A DNA stretch of 64,000 bases from Eledone cirrhosa (GCA_964016885.1 OZ024742.1:77438001-77502000), one strand, 5' to 3'. Positions 41,455-55,750 are shown, counted from the first letter of the stretch. Notes: generated by a model from the letters alone, not told the origin. Numbers and translations are program-made.

Positions 41455-42445
41455 AGAGTCTTGACGTTTCGGACACTAGTCGTTCATAAGAAGAAAGATT
41501 CAGAAATAAAATAGATTGAGGAGATGGGCGGGATGGAATTGGGAAAAAATGTATTTAGATAAAAATAACAGGTCCATTCATGTTGACATCTCTTGCTGCT
41601 GGCGTTTTGTGTATGATTTGTTTTTTAGAAAAGTGTATGATGGAGCGTGCCTACCTGAAATGGAAAAATAAACCGTTTTGGAAAAAGAGCTATAGTTGAG
41701 CACGTGCGTCAGCATGTGTTTGTGTGTGTATGTGTATGTCTGTGTGCGCGTGTATGTGTTCGTGTGTGTGCGTGTGTTATTATAGGTCCGTACGAAGTTA
41801 AGAAGAAATATGTGTGTATATGTGAGTAAAAGAGTGTGTGTGTGTGTATGTATGTACGAAGCTATGACCAAAAGTATGTTAATATGAGGGTGTGAATCGG
41901 CATGTATTACTTGTAAGAGAAGCTGCTAATGCTCAAGAAAAAGCGATAGGAATCTAGGGGTGTGATAATGGAATTACAGAAATTGCGGAGGTGAGTCGAG
42001 TCCAAGAAGGGAATAGGACCCAAGGCGGTGAATCAGACTTTCTTTAGTCCTGGTGCGTGAGGCCTGTGATCCATGATGTAAAAGGACACCCAGGACTGAA
42101 ACATGTAGGGAGGAATAACCAGGAGAACAGAAATGACGGGCGACAGGAGTATCCAAACCGAGTCGTATGTCCCTCAAATATTCAGCAAAACGGTCCGCCA
42201 TACGGCGTCCCTTTTGTTCGATATATAAAGACCCGGAAAGGGAACAGTGGAGGTCATAGACAACTTGGGTGGATGTGCAGGTGAAGGAATGGCGAATACG
42301 GAAAGACCATTAGGGCCTGTAAGAGTGGTGAGGATGGAAATAATGGGAAAATTGTTGCAGCGGTAACGGGAACAAGGATGAGAGCCGGGTGGAGTCGTGG
42401 CAGAGGAAAAAATGGAACTGCGAAGCAGGAGGTCGCAGAGGTTGC
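41455..42445 (-). pseudogene. Second, fragmented copy of the 24-25.5 kb PLE family (GIY-YIG and pLTR with an HHR at about 41459-41495)
   Basis: DRFAEYLRDIRLGLDTPVARHF matches the 25113 ORF; tctt-CTTATGA-acGAC tagt GTCc-GAAACGTC-aaga. Confidence 0.85.
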
Positions 42446-42462
42446 GGGGGAATGGTTAAAAG

Positions 42463-42530
<68 letters not shown>

Positions 42531-42536
<6 letters not shown>

Positions 42537-43425
42537 GGTAAAAATGAAACGAATTTTCATTTCCCACCCTTAGTACGGATATTACTTAAATATAAGTATG
42601 TACACGTACATACATATATGTATACAGACGTACAGTAGTATGTGTATATATATACATACATGCACACACATATATATATGTACGTATGGATTCACCGAAC
42701 ACTTATTATAATGCTCGGTGTGTTTGTAAACAAACATCCCGTATTAAGCCGTAGTGTCCAGCACCCATCGTTGCTCGTTTGTTCAACACTGACAAAGGAA
42801 CGCTGTACTAGTTTCAAGCTTATTAGCTATCGTCAGAAATGTATACCTTCCTGCCAGATTGTTGAACGTATATACTTACCTTATGCATATTAACGGCTGA
42901 GTAGCCCAATTTGCATATCCAGTGGGATAATCGGCCGGGTGCACCGAAAACGATAAACGGAAAAAATGAAACGAAATTTCATTTCCCACTTTTAGTACGG
43001 ATGTTACTTACATATAAGTATGTACACGTAAATACATATATGTATACAGACGTACAGTAGTATGTATATATATATACATACATGCACACATATATATATG
43101 TACGTATGGATTCACCGAACATTTATTATAATGCTCGGTGTGTTTGTAAACAAACATCCATTATTAAGCCCTAGTGTCCAGCAACCATCGTAACTAATAA
43201 GCTTGAAACTAGTTCAACGTTCCTTTGTCAGTGTTGAATAAACGAACAACGATGGTTGCTGGTCACTGTGGCTTAATACGGGATGTTTGTTTACAAACGC
43301 ACCGAGCATTATAATAAATGTTCGGTGAATCCATACGTACATACATATATGTGTGCATGTATGTATATATATATATAAACATACTACTGTACGTCTGTAT
43401 ACATATATGAATGTACGTGTACATA

Positions 43426-43430
<5 letters not shown>
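42531..43430. repeat. 422 bp HHR-bearing unit x1.6 plus an inverted arm (43193-43430), within (TA)n
   Basis: 42531 repeats at 42953; minus-strand CTGACGA-tAGCT aata AGCTt-GAAACTAGTA at about 42800-42842. Confidence 0.85.
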
Positions 43431-43470
<40 letters not shown>

Positions 43471-44040
43471 ATATTAAATAAATAGAAACTATATTTATTC
43501 TATTATATATATTTCAAGGGTACCAACATTTTGGTACGCTATCATTAGATAAAATACGAAGTGTGTTTTATAAATTTTGACATAACCAAGGAGAATATAC
43601 CTTACCGGTTCAAGATATCCTTGTATAGTGAAGGGATAAGAGAAGAAAAGTCATATATTTCAAATTATTAAGATGAGTATGCAAATGAGGTTTAGGTAAC
43701 AGGGCTGAAAAAAACGTTATTTTAGTAGCTATGGAAAATTTAAATAATTATGATAAGTTATTGTATGCGTAGGAAAGAAGAGAACGGAAGAAGAGATAGT
43801 ATTTACGTTATTTTGGGGGAAAAAATTTATTTACCTATATTATGAGTTATAATATTGTATATATAATCAGAAATATACTTACAACCATAATTCTTCATAG
43901 ATTATATGAAGAATTATGGTTGTAAGTATTTTTGTCTTATTACATTACAATAGGTTATATGTATATAAATATCTATATATATATTAATAAATTGCGTATG
44001 TATTAGTTGTTTATATATCAAATATGAGTTACGATGGGGT

Positions 44041-45698
44041 TGATTTTGTATTTTACTTAAAAATAGGAGGTTCAAGTTGTGAGAGTAGAACAATTTGTGG
44101 ATTCAAACATTTTGTTCAACATTGAAAATGTTTTCTGAATATTGTTAATTTAGCGAAGCTATACAGATTATCAAACATAATATGTTGATGTTTGCTCGAT
44201 TGAGAAAGGAAAGATAACTCTAATTTTGTTTGTTAACCATTAAATTCGATGAATGATTTACTCCAAAATATATAGAGAAAATTACATATTATTTTGTGTG
44301 AGATACATTATTTTAGTCGAAAGATGGTGAATGTTTAAATAACCAAAGGAGAGAGGAAAAATGTAATGTGTGCTTCGAAGATCTATCGTAAAATCTATCG
44401 TAAAGAGGATAAACTTTTAAAATGTAATTTAAAGATTATCAATCCACATGTAAAAATATATTTAGAGGGGTGTCCTTAGAAAAATAATGTCGGAATTAAA
44501 AATAATGTCAGAATTAAAATAATGTCGGAAATTAAAATATTAAATATATATATTAAAAATATATTAACATTTTTTAGAAATATTAAAAATATTTAAAAAC
44601 TATTAAAAATATTTAAAATATTTAAAAAATTTACATTTAAATTTTTAAAAGGTAGGATCATTTTGAAGGTATATAGGAATATTATAAATTTAAAATAGTT
44701 CTGAACGTGGAATCTTGCCGATGTTTGCAAGAAGAAAATAATTCTGTTTTGAGATTAATAGAGTTTTGACAGTTAATTATATAAAAAATTCTTCGATACA
44801 CAATTTACAGAATCTTGATCAAGCCGTATTTCGGTATGCAGGTGCTTTCGAAATCGTTCTACAGGATATTGAATAGTCTATATTGTTGTCTTTTAAATTC
44901 CAAATGTGAAAGTGAAGTAGAAGATTGTTTATCATATCTCCTAAATGTATGATTATGGTTATTCCAGCGTTCTTTCAGAACAGAATTATTTTATATTGCA
45001 AACATCGGCAAAATTCCACGTTCAGTACTATTTTTAATTTATATATATGATCCTACCTTTTAAAAATTTAAATGTATATTTTTTAATATTTTTAATATTT
45101 TTAATATTTTTTAAATATTTTTAATATTTCTAATATTTTTTAATATCTGTAATATTTATAATATTTTTAATATATATATCTAATATTTTAATTTCCGACA
45201 TTATTTTAATTCTGACATTATTTTAATTCTGACAATATTTTTTATTCCGACATCATTTTTCTAAGGACATCCCTCTAAATATATTTTTACATGTAGATTG
45301 TTAATCTTAAAATGACATTCTGAAAAGTTATCCTCTTTACGATCGATTTTACCATAGATCTTCAAAACACACTAAATCTTTCCTCTCTCTTTTTGTTATT
45401 CAAACATTCACACATCTTTCGACTAAAATAATGGATTTCACACAAATAATATATAATTTTCTCTATATATTTTGGAGTAAATCATTCATCTATTTTAATA
45501 GTTAACAAACAAATTTTGATTTATCTTTCCTTTCTCAATCGTGCAAACATAAACATATTATGTTTGATAATCTGTATAGCTTCGATAAATTAACAATATT
45601 CAGAAAACATTTTCAATGTTGAACAAAATGTTTGAATCCACAAATTGTTCTACTCTGACAACTTGAACCACCTATTTTTAAGTAAAATACAAAATCAA
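44041..45698 (-). mobile_element. Severely 5'-truncated Naiad-like PLE: inverted arms of about 700 bp around a GIY-YIG C-terminal remnant (about 44700-44990)
   Basis: Minus-strand KERWNNHNHTF, HIWNLKDNNIDYSI, FCKLCIEE, ELFSSCKH; 44041-44730 is the reverse complement of 44997-45698. Confidence 0.85.
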
Positions 45699-46072
45699 TG
45701 ATTTGAATATTCAAATCAGCAAACAGCGAAAGACGCCTTCCGGACTTGTCCGACAGACAACCTTTTCCCCCACCCCGGAAAAAATCCCAGTTGATGGATG
45801 TGAATCCGAAATATATAGGGACTATTGAATCTCTCCCAAGGTAACTCTCTCTTGTGTTGTTATTTTTATTTTTATCCTTTTACTCTTCCCTCCATTCTAC
45901 ACATCTCACACATCTTATACACACCACGCATCTCAACGTACACCCACTTACATCTCTCTCTCCACCACCGGACCTTGTTACCCGGAGATTTACCCATTTG
46001 CATTGTCGAGGATTCCAAACGACTTATAGATATTTACTTATTGTTCCACAATGCTTCAAGCAAACTTCAATA

Positions 46073-46207
<135 letters not shown>

Positions 46208-46218
46208 TATATATATAT

Positions 46219-46605
46219 AATGGACACTGACCAAGAAACTCACTCAGATGGTGGATGGGTGCTACACGAGAATGCTGAGGATGGCTCTGAACATAAATCA
46301 GTATACACTGAGGATGAAAAACTCAGAGCTGTATGGGAGCATCCCAAAAGTCAGCTCAAAAGTGACACAGAGGAGACTGAGGTTGGCTGGACATGCTCAC
46401 CAATATCCAGAGTTGACATTGCACTCAGTGCTCCTTTGGGAGCCACTACATGGACACACTAGAAGAGGAAGACCAAGGTTAAGATATGTTGATGCCCTAA
46501 GGACAGACACTGGTCTGTTGGAGATGCAGGATGTGGCAGCGATAATGAGGGACAGAGACCGCTGAAGAGAACTCGTCCATGGATCTCGGGAATTTTACCC
46601 GCCTT

Positions 46606-46610
<5 letters not shown>
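46219..46610 (+). mobile_element. RTE-clade LINE 3' fragment
   Basis: WTLT..DGCYTRMLRMALNI...RRLRLAGH...RGRPRLRYVD. Confidence 0.85.
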
Positions 46611-46644
<34 letters not shown>

Positions 46645-46653
<9 letters not shown>

Positions 46654-49600
46654 GATCGAGTATCGAAAAATCGGCGCACGAGTTCACGAAAAACGAAATT
46701 CGATATGAGCGGCAGAGGGCTCAATAATTCAGATGAATCAGAGCTATAACTATCGTTAAAATACCGTCACATATAGAACAAGTCTACAATCAACCATACG
46801 ATTTAAAATCGATAAAGGAAGATTCGGGCCAAACAGATAAAAAATATCAATAAAACAATACGTCAATAATTTAAATGAATGTAAAATCATACCCGGACCC
46901 ACTAGAAAGGTGTTAAATCTAGCTTCATGGGTTTCTGTAAATCCTTAGACAGTACTCTATCAGCTCACATATAAATATAAAAGCCTACTAGAATAAGTGG
47001 AACGGAGTTTACTTTGTCAACGAGTTTTATCCTGGCGGCAAAGGAGTCAACTAGCGGTGAAAAACGCACATGGCATTAGACAAGGGAGATGACCCCTATA
47101 TCCGCGAAAACAATTCGAGTGAATGTGGAAATACACATATCGAATTAGAGTGCTCAATAGACATGTTAAAATAAAACAAAAGCTATTCATCACTCAATAG
47201 AATCGACAAAAAATGAGCAATAAAATTAACTGGTGGATAGCTATGTCCAGAGCTAAATATATTAGAAAGATCGAGTATCGAAAAATCGGCGCACGAGTTC
47301 ACGAAAAACGAAATTCGATATGAGCGGCAGAGGGCTCAATAATTCAGATGAATCAGAGCTATAACTATCGTTAAAATACCGTCACATATAGAACAAGTCT
47401 ACAATCAACCATACGATTTAAAATCGATAAAGGAAGATTCGGGCCAAACAGATAAAAAATATCAATAAAACAATACGTCAATAATTTAAATGAATGTAAA
47501 ATCATACCCGGACCCACTAGAAAGGTGTTAAATCTAGCTTCATGGGTTTCTGTAAATCCTTAGACAGTACTCTATCAGCTCACATATAAATATAAAAGCC
47601 TACTAGAATAAGTGGAACGGAGTTTACTTTGTCAACGAGTTTTATCCTGGCGGCAAAGGAGTCAACTAGCGGTGAAAAACGCACATGGCATTAGACAAGG
47701 GAGATGACCCCTATATCCGCGAAAACAATTCGAGTGAATGTGGAAATACACATATCGAATTAGAGTGCTCAATAGACATGTTAAAATAAAACAAAAGCTA
47801 TTCATCACTCAATAGAATCGACAAAAAATGAGCAATAAAATTAACTGGTGGATAGCTATGTCCAGAGCTAAATATATTAGAAAGATCGAGTATCGAAAAA
47901 TCGGCGCACGAGTTCACGAAAAACGAAATTCGATATGAGCGGCAGAGGGCTCAATAATTCAGATGAATCAGAGCTATAACTATCGTTAAAATACCGTCAC
48001 ATATAGAACAAGTCTACAATCAACCATACGATTTAAAATCGATAAAGGAAGATTCGGGCCAAACAGATAAAAAATATCAATAAAACAATACGTCAATAAT
48101 TTAAATGAATGTAAAATCATACCCGGACCCACTAGAAAGGTGTTAAATCTAGCTTCATGGGTTTCTGTAAATCCTTAGACAGTACTCTATCAGCTCACAT
48201 ATAAATATAAAAGCCTACTAGAATAAGTGGAACGGAGTTTACTTTGTCAACGAGTTTTATCCTGGCGGCAAAGGAGTCAACTAGCGGTGAAAAACGCACA
48301 TGGCATTAGACAAGGGAGATGACCCCTATATCTGCGAAAACAATTCGAGTGAATGTGGAAATACACATATCGAATTAGAGTGCTCAATAGACATGTTAAA
48401 ATAAAACAAAAGCTATTCATCACTCAATAGAATCGACAAAAAATGAGCAATAAAATTAACTGGTGGATAGCTATGTCCAGAGCTAAATATATTAGAAAGA
48501 TCGAGTATCGAAAAATCGGCGCACGAGTTCACGAAAAACGAAATTCGATATGAGCGGCAGAGGGCTCAATAATTCAGATGAATCAGAGCTATAACTATCG
48601 TTAAAATACCGTCACATATAGAACAAGTCTACAATCAACCATACGATTTAAAATCGATAAAGGAAGATTCGGGCCAAACAGATAAAAAATATCAATAAAA
48701 CAATACGTCAATAATTTAAATGAATGTAAAATCATACCCGGACCCACTAGAAAGGTGTTAAATCTAGCTTCATGGGTTTCTGTAAATCCTTAGACAGTAC
48801 TCTATCAGCTCACATATAAATATAAAAGCCTACTAGAATAAGTGGAACGGAGTTTACTTTGTCAACGAGTTTTATCCTGGCGGCAAAGGAGTCAACTAGC
48901 GGTGAAAAACGCACATGGCATTAGACAAGGGAGATGACCCCTATATCCGCGAAAACAATTCGAGTGAATGTGGAAATACACATATCGAATTAGAGTGCTC
49001 AATAGACATGTTAAAATAAAACAAAAGCTATTCATCACTCAATAGAATCGACAAAAAATGAGCAATAAAATTAACTGGTGGATAGCTATGTCCAGAGCTA
49101 AATATATTAGAAAGATCGAGTATCGAAAAATCGGCGCACGAGTTCACGAAAAACGAAATTCGATATGAGCGGCAGAGGGCTCAATAATTCAGATGAATCA
49201 GAGCTATAACTATCGTTAAAATACCGTCACATATAGAACAAGTCTACAATCAACCATACGATTTAAAATCGATAAAGGAAGATTCGGGCCAAACAGATAA
49301 AAAATATCAATAAAACAATACGTCAATAATTTAAATGAATGTAAAATCATACCCGGACCCACTAGAAAGGTGTTAAATCTAGCTTCATGGGTTTCTGTAA
49401 ATCCTTAGACAGTACTCTATCAGCTCACATATAAATATAAAAGCCTACTAGAATAAGTGGAACGGAGTTTACTTTGTCAACGAGTTTTATCCTGGCGGCA
49501 AAGGAGTCAACTAGCGGTGAAAAACGCACATGGCATTAGACAAGGGAGATGACCCCTATATCCGCGAAAACAATTCGAGTGAATGTGGAAATACACATAT

Positions 49601-52600
49601 CGAATTAGAGTGCTCAATAGACATGTTAAAATAAAACAAAAGCTATTCATCACTCAATAGAATCGACAAAAAATGAGCAATAAAATTAACTGGTGGATAG
49701 CTATGTCCAGAGCTAAATATATTAGAAAGATCGAGTATCGAAAAATCGGCGCACGAGTTCACGAAAAACGAAATTCGATATGAGCGGCAGAGGGCTCAAT
49801 AATTCAGATGAATCAGAGCTATAACTATCGTTAAAATACCGTCACATATAGAACAAGTCTACAATCAACCATACGATTTAAAATCGATAAAGGAAGATTC
49901 GGGCCAAACAGATAAAAAATATCAATAAAACAATACGTCAATAATTTAAATGAATGTAAAATCATACCCGGACCCACTAGAAAGGAGTTAAATCTAGCTT
50001 CATGGGTTTCTGTAAATCCTTAGACAGTACTCTATCAGCTCACATATAAATATAAAAGCCTACTAGAATAAGTGGAACGGAGTTTACTTTGTCAACGAGT
50101 TTTATCCTGGCGGCAAAGGAGTCAACTAGCGGTGAAAAACGCACATGGCATTAGACAAGGGAGATGACCCCTATATCCGCGAAAACAATTCGAGTGAATG
50201 TGGAAATACACATATCGAATTAGAGTGCTCAATAGACATGTTAAAATAAAACAAAAGCTATTCATCACTCAATAGAATCGACAAAAAATGAGCAATAAAA
50301 TTAACTGGTGGATAGCTATGTCCAGAGCTAAATATATTAGAAAGATCGAGTATCGAAAAATCGGCGCACGAGTTCACGAAAAACGAAATTCGATATGAGC
50401 GGCAGAGGGCTCAATAATTCAGATGAATCAGAGCTATAACTATCGTTAAAATACCGTCACATATAGAACAAGTCTACAATCAACCATACGATTTAAAATC
50501 GATAAAGGAAGATTCGGGCCAAACAGATAAAAAATATCAATAAAACAATACGTCAATAATTTAAATGAATGTAAAATCATACCCGGACCCACTAGAAAGG
50601 TGTTAAATCTAGCTTCATGGGTTTCTGTAAATCCTTAGACAGTACTCTATCAGCTCACATATAAATATAAAAGCCTACTAGAATAAGTGGAACGGAGTTT
50701 ACTTTGTCAACGAGTTTTATCCTGGCGGCAAAGGAGTCAACTAGCGGTGAAAAACGCACATGGCATTAGACAAGGGAGATGACCCCTATATCCGCGAAAA
50801 CAATTCGAGTGAATGTGGAAATACACATATCGAATTAGAGTGCTCAATAGACATGTTAAAATAAAACAAAAGCTATTCATCACTCAATAGAATCGACAAA
50901 AAATGAGCAATAAAATTAACTGGTGGATAGCTATGTCCAGAGCTAAATATATTAGAAAGATCGAGTATCGAAAAATCGGCGCACGAGTTCACGAAAAACG
51001 AAATTCGATATGAGCGGCAGAGGGCTCAATAATTCAGATGAATCAGAGCTATAACTATCGTTAAAATACCGTCACATATAGAACAAGTCTACAATCAACC
51101 ATACGATTTAAAATCGATAAAGGAAGATTCGGGCCAAACAGATAAAAAATATCAATAAAACAATACGTCAATAATTTAAATGAATGTAAAATCATACCCG
51201 GACCCACTAGAAAGGTGTTAAATCTAGCTTCATGGGTTTCTGTAAATCCTTAGACAGTACTCTATCAGCTCACATATAAATATAAAAGCCTACTAGAATA
51301 AGTGGAACGGAGTTTACTTTGTCAACGAGTTTTATCCTGGCGGCAAAGGAGTCAACTAGCGGTGAAAAACGCACATGGCATTAGACAAGGGAGATGACCC
51401 CTATATCCGCGAAAACAATTCGAGTGAATGTGGAAATACACATATCGAATTAGAGTGCTCAATAGACATGTTAAAATAAAACAAAAGCTATTCATCACTC
51501 AATAGAATCGACAAAAAATGAGCAATAAAATTAACTGGTGGATAGCTATGTCCAGAGCTAAATATATTAGAAAGATCGAGTATCGAAAAATCGGCGCACG
51601 AGTTCACGAAAAACGAAATTCGATATGAGCGGCAGAGGGCTCAATAATTCAGATGAATCAGAGCTATAACTATCGTTAAAATACCGTCACATATAGAACA
51701 AGTCTACAATCAACCATACGATTTAAAATCGATAAAGGAAGATTCGGGCCAAACAGATAAAAAATATCAATAAAACAATACGTCAATAATTTAAATGAAT
51801 GTAAAATCATACCCGGACCCACTAGAAAGGTGTTAAATCTAGCTTCATGGGTTTCTGTAAATCCTTAGACAGTACTCTATCAGCTCACATATAAATATAA
51901 AAGCCTACTAGAATAAGTGGAACGGAGTTTACTTTGTCAACGAGTTTTATCCTGGCGGCAAAGGAGTCAACTAGCGGTGAAAAACGCACATGGCATTAGA
52001 CAAGGGAGATGACCCCTATATCCGCGAAAACAATTCGAGTGAATGTGGAAATACACATATCGAATTAGAGTGCTCAATAGACATGTTAAAATAAAACAAA
52101 AGCTATTCATCACTCAATAGAATCGACAAAAAATGAGCAATAAAATTAACTGGTGGATAGCTATGTCCAGAGCTAAATATATTAGAAAGATCGAGTATCG
52201 AAAAATCGGCGCACGAGTTCACGAAAAACGAAATTCGATATGAGCGGCAGAGGGCTCAATAATTCAGATGAATCAGAGCTATAACTATCGTTAAAATACC
52301 GTCACATATAGAACAAGTCTACAATCAACCATACGATTTAAAATCGATAAAGGAAGATTCGGGCCAAACAGATAAAAAATATCAATAAAACAATACGTCA
52401 ATAATTTAAATGAATGTAAAATCATACCCGGACCCACTAGAAAGGTGTTAAATCTAGCTTCATGGGTTTCTGTAAATCCTTAGACAGTACTCTATCAGCT
52501 CACATATAAATATAAAAGCCTACTAGAATAAGTGGAACGGAGTTTACTTTGTCAACGAGTTTTATCCTGGCGGCAAAGGAGTCAACTAGCGGTGAAAAAC

Positions 52601-53534
52601 GCACATGGCATTAGACAAGGGAGATGACCCCTATATCCGCGAAAACAATTCGAGTGAATGTGGAAATACACATATCGAATTAGAGTGCTCAATAGACATG
52701 TTAAAATAAAACAAAAGCTATTCATCACTCAATAGAATCGACAAAAAATGAGCAATAAAATTAACTGGTGGATAGCTATGTCCAGAGCTAAATATATTAG
52801 AAAGATCGAGTATCGAAAAATCGGCGCACGAGTTCACGAAAAACGAAATTCGATATGAGCGGCAGAGGGCTCAATAATTCAGATGAATCAGAGCTATAAC
52901 TATCGTTAAAATACCGTCACATATAGAACAAGTCTACAATCAACCATACGATTTAAAATCGATAAAGGAAGATTCGGGCCAAACAGATAAAAAATATCAA
53001 TAAAACAATACGTCAATAATTTAAATGAATGTAAAATCATACCCGGACCCACTAGAAAGGTGTTAAATCTAGCTTCATGGGTTTCTGTAAATCCTTAGAC
53101 AGTACTCTATCAGCTCACATATAAATATAAAAGCCTACTAGAATAAGTGGAACGGAGTTTACTTTGTCAACGAGTTTTATCCTGGCGGCAAAGGAGTCAA
53201 CTAGCGGTGAAAAACGCACATGGCATTAGACAAGGGAGATGACCCCTATATCCGCGAAAACAATTCGAGTGAATGTGGAAATACACATATCGAATTAGAG
53301 TGCTCAATAGACATGTTAAAATAAAACAAAAGCTATTCATCACTCAATAGAATCGACAAAAAATGAGCAATAAAATTAACTGGTGGATAGCTATGTCCAG
53401 AGCTAAATATATTAGAAAGATCGAGTATCGAAAAATCGGCGCACGAGTTCACGAAAAACGAAATTCGATATGAGCGGCAGAGGGCTCAATAATTCAGATG
53501 AATCAGAGCTATAACTATCGTTAAAATACCGTCA
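46645..53534. repeat. Tandem array of 11 full 615 bp units plus about 125 bp, nearly identical, ORF-less and hairpin-rich
   Basis: Unit starts at 46645, 47260, 47875 ... 53410; only two substitutions noticed (about 48333 and 49986). Confidence 0.97.
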
Positions 53535-53598
53535 TATATAAATATATACATATATATATATATATATATAATATATATATAAAATATATATATATATA

Positions 53599-53630
<32 letters not shown>

Positions 53631-53643
53631 ATATATATATATA

Positions 53644-53684
<41 letters not shown>

Positions 53685-53781
53685 TATATAATATATATAA
53701 TATATATATATATATAAAATATATATATATATAATATATATAATATATATAATATATATATATAAAATATATATATATATA

Positions 53782-53824
<43 letters not shown>

Positions 53825-53830
53825 TATATA

Positions 53831-53877
<47 letters not shown>

Positions 53878-53897
53878 TATATATATATAATATATAT

Positions 53898-53940
<43 letters not shown>

Positions 53941-54058
53941 TATATATATATAATATATATATATATATAATATACGTTATTCCGGGTTAAAACGGAGGTA
54001 ACCACAGTAAGTAAGGTACTCAATACATAGCAGAGTATAAAAGTTTTAATATAGATGC

Positions 54059-54107
54059 GATTCTACAGGACTAGAACTGTTTCATTCATAAGAAATCATC
54101 AGGAATC
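54059..54107 (-). ncRNA. Type I hammerhead ribozyme
   Basis: gattc-CTGATGA-tTTC ttat GAAt-GAAACAG ttctagtc CTGTA-gaatc; all three stems form. Confidence 0.85.
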
Positions 54108-54514
54108 TGGGTATCAAAAAATAAATATGGTATTATTAGGTCTCTACAAGTGGTAGGAGAGGGTGGGGAGTGGGATGGGTGCAGGTCATTGGTTGATAGA
54201 AAAGGGAATTCATTAAAAGCTAATTCTACAAAGCTATAGTTTATTTTTATTTATTTATGTTTTTAGAGTAACAAGGGCAGACAGAATTCTATAAACAGGT
54301 TCCGGATGGCATACCATTCCTTGTCATTAAGTTTCTCTTAAGCTAACAGGTGTCTATAAAATCAGTGGGGGGTCAGTCATGGTCGATAGAATTAAAGAAA
54401 AGGGAGATTCTTTAAAAGCTAAAATCATTAAGGTTCTACTAAGTGACAAAGGTCTAGAGAATTCTGCAGACAGATTCAAAATACTGAGTGCATATCTTAC
54501 TATTATCTTCGAAC

Positions 54515-55138
54515 TTCTAATTTCTGCCGGACCGGCAACCGCTCTTTCAAACCAGTTCCTGTACACAGCTAAGTATTCTATAAGTCTCTAGCTGTGTCAT
54601 TCTCGATAAAAGCATTGGATATGTAATCCTGATGATTTCAAATAAGAATGAAACGCGTAGGTTACTTCCCTTGCTTTTATCGAGAATCTCGAATTGTAAT
54701 ACGTGACGTATTCTATTCTATAGCGATTAGGTCTTCAAAATGTTTATTATAAACATACAGAATATTTTCGAATATTCTATGCTTGTCTTCACATATATAT
54801 CGCTATTTCAGAGCATTAAATCCAAATTCTAATTTCTGCCGGACCGGCAACCGCTCTTTCAAACCACTTCCTGTACACAGCTAAGTATTCTATAAGTCTC
54901 TAGCTGTGTCATTCTCGATAAAAGCATTGGATATGTAATCCTGATGATTTCAAATAAGAATGAAACGCGTAGGTTACTTCCCTTGCTTTTATCGAGAATC
55001 TCGAATTGTAATACGTGACGTATACTATTCTATAGCGATTAGGTCTTCAAAATGTTTATTATAAACATACAGAATATTTTCGAATATTCTATGTTTGTCT
55101 TCACATATATATCGCTATTTCAGAGCATTAAATCCAAA
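54515..55138 (+). repeat. 312 bp unit x2, each with a type I HHR (54623-54665 and 54935-54977); retrozyme-like
   Basis: gtaatc-CTGATGA-tTTC aaataa GAAt-GAAAC GC GTA-ggttac. Confidence 0.9.
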
Positions 55139-55329
55139 TATATATATATATATATAAATATATATATATATACATACACACATATACATACATACACACA
55201 TACATATACACAGACACATATATATACATATATACACACATATATACACACATACACACACATATATATATATATATGTGTGTGTGTATGTGTATGTATG
55301 TATATGTGTGTACACACACCTGCCCACAC

Positions 55330-55383
<54 letters not shown>

Positions 55384-55401
55384 GCGCACACACATACATA
55401 C

Positions 55402-55456
<55 letters not shown>

Positions 55457-55481
55457 TATACATACATATACACATATATAT

Positions 55482-55534
<53 letters not shown>

Positions 55535-55750
55535 CACATATATATATATACATATACACACATACATATACATACACACACATATATACATAAACATACA
55601 TACATACATACACATACATACATACATACATACACATATATACACATATATATATATATATATACATATATATACACATATATATACATACATATACATT
55701 CATAAATATACACACATAAAACATATACACACAAACATATATATATACAC

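Noticed and set aside
45785-45825. Hammerhead-like GGAT gtga ATCC GAAATATATA
   Set aside because: The 5' core (CAGTTGA) deviates at two essential positions; too degenerate to call
46700-46730. Twister ribozyme (GAGGG motif)
   Set aside because: The companion UAA and CAAGCCC pseudoknot elements were not found
46645-53534. CRISPR array, rDNA/5S or snRNA gene cluster
   Set aside because: There are no variable spacers, and no recognisable rRNA, tRNA or snRNA sequence in the unit
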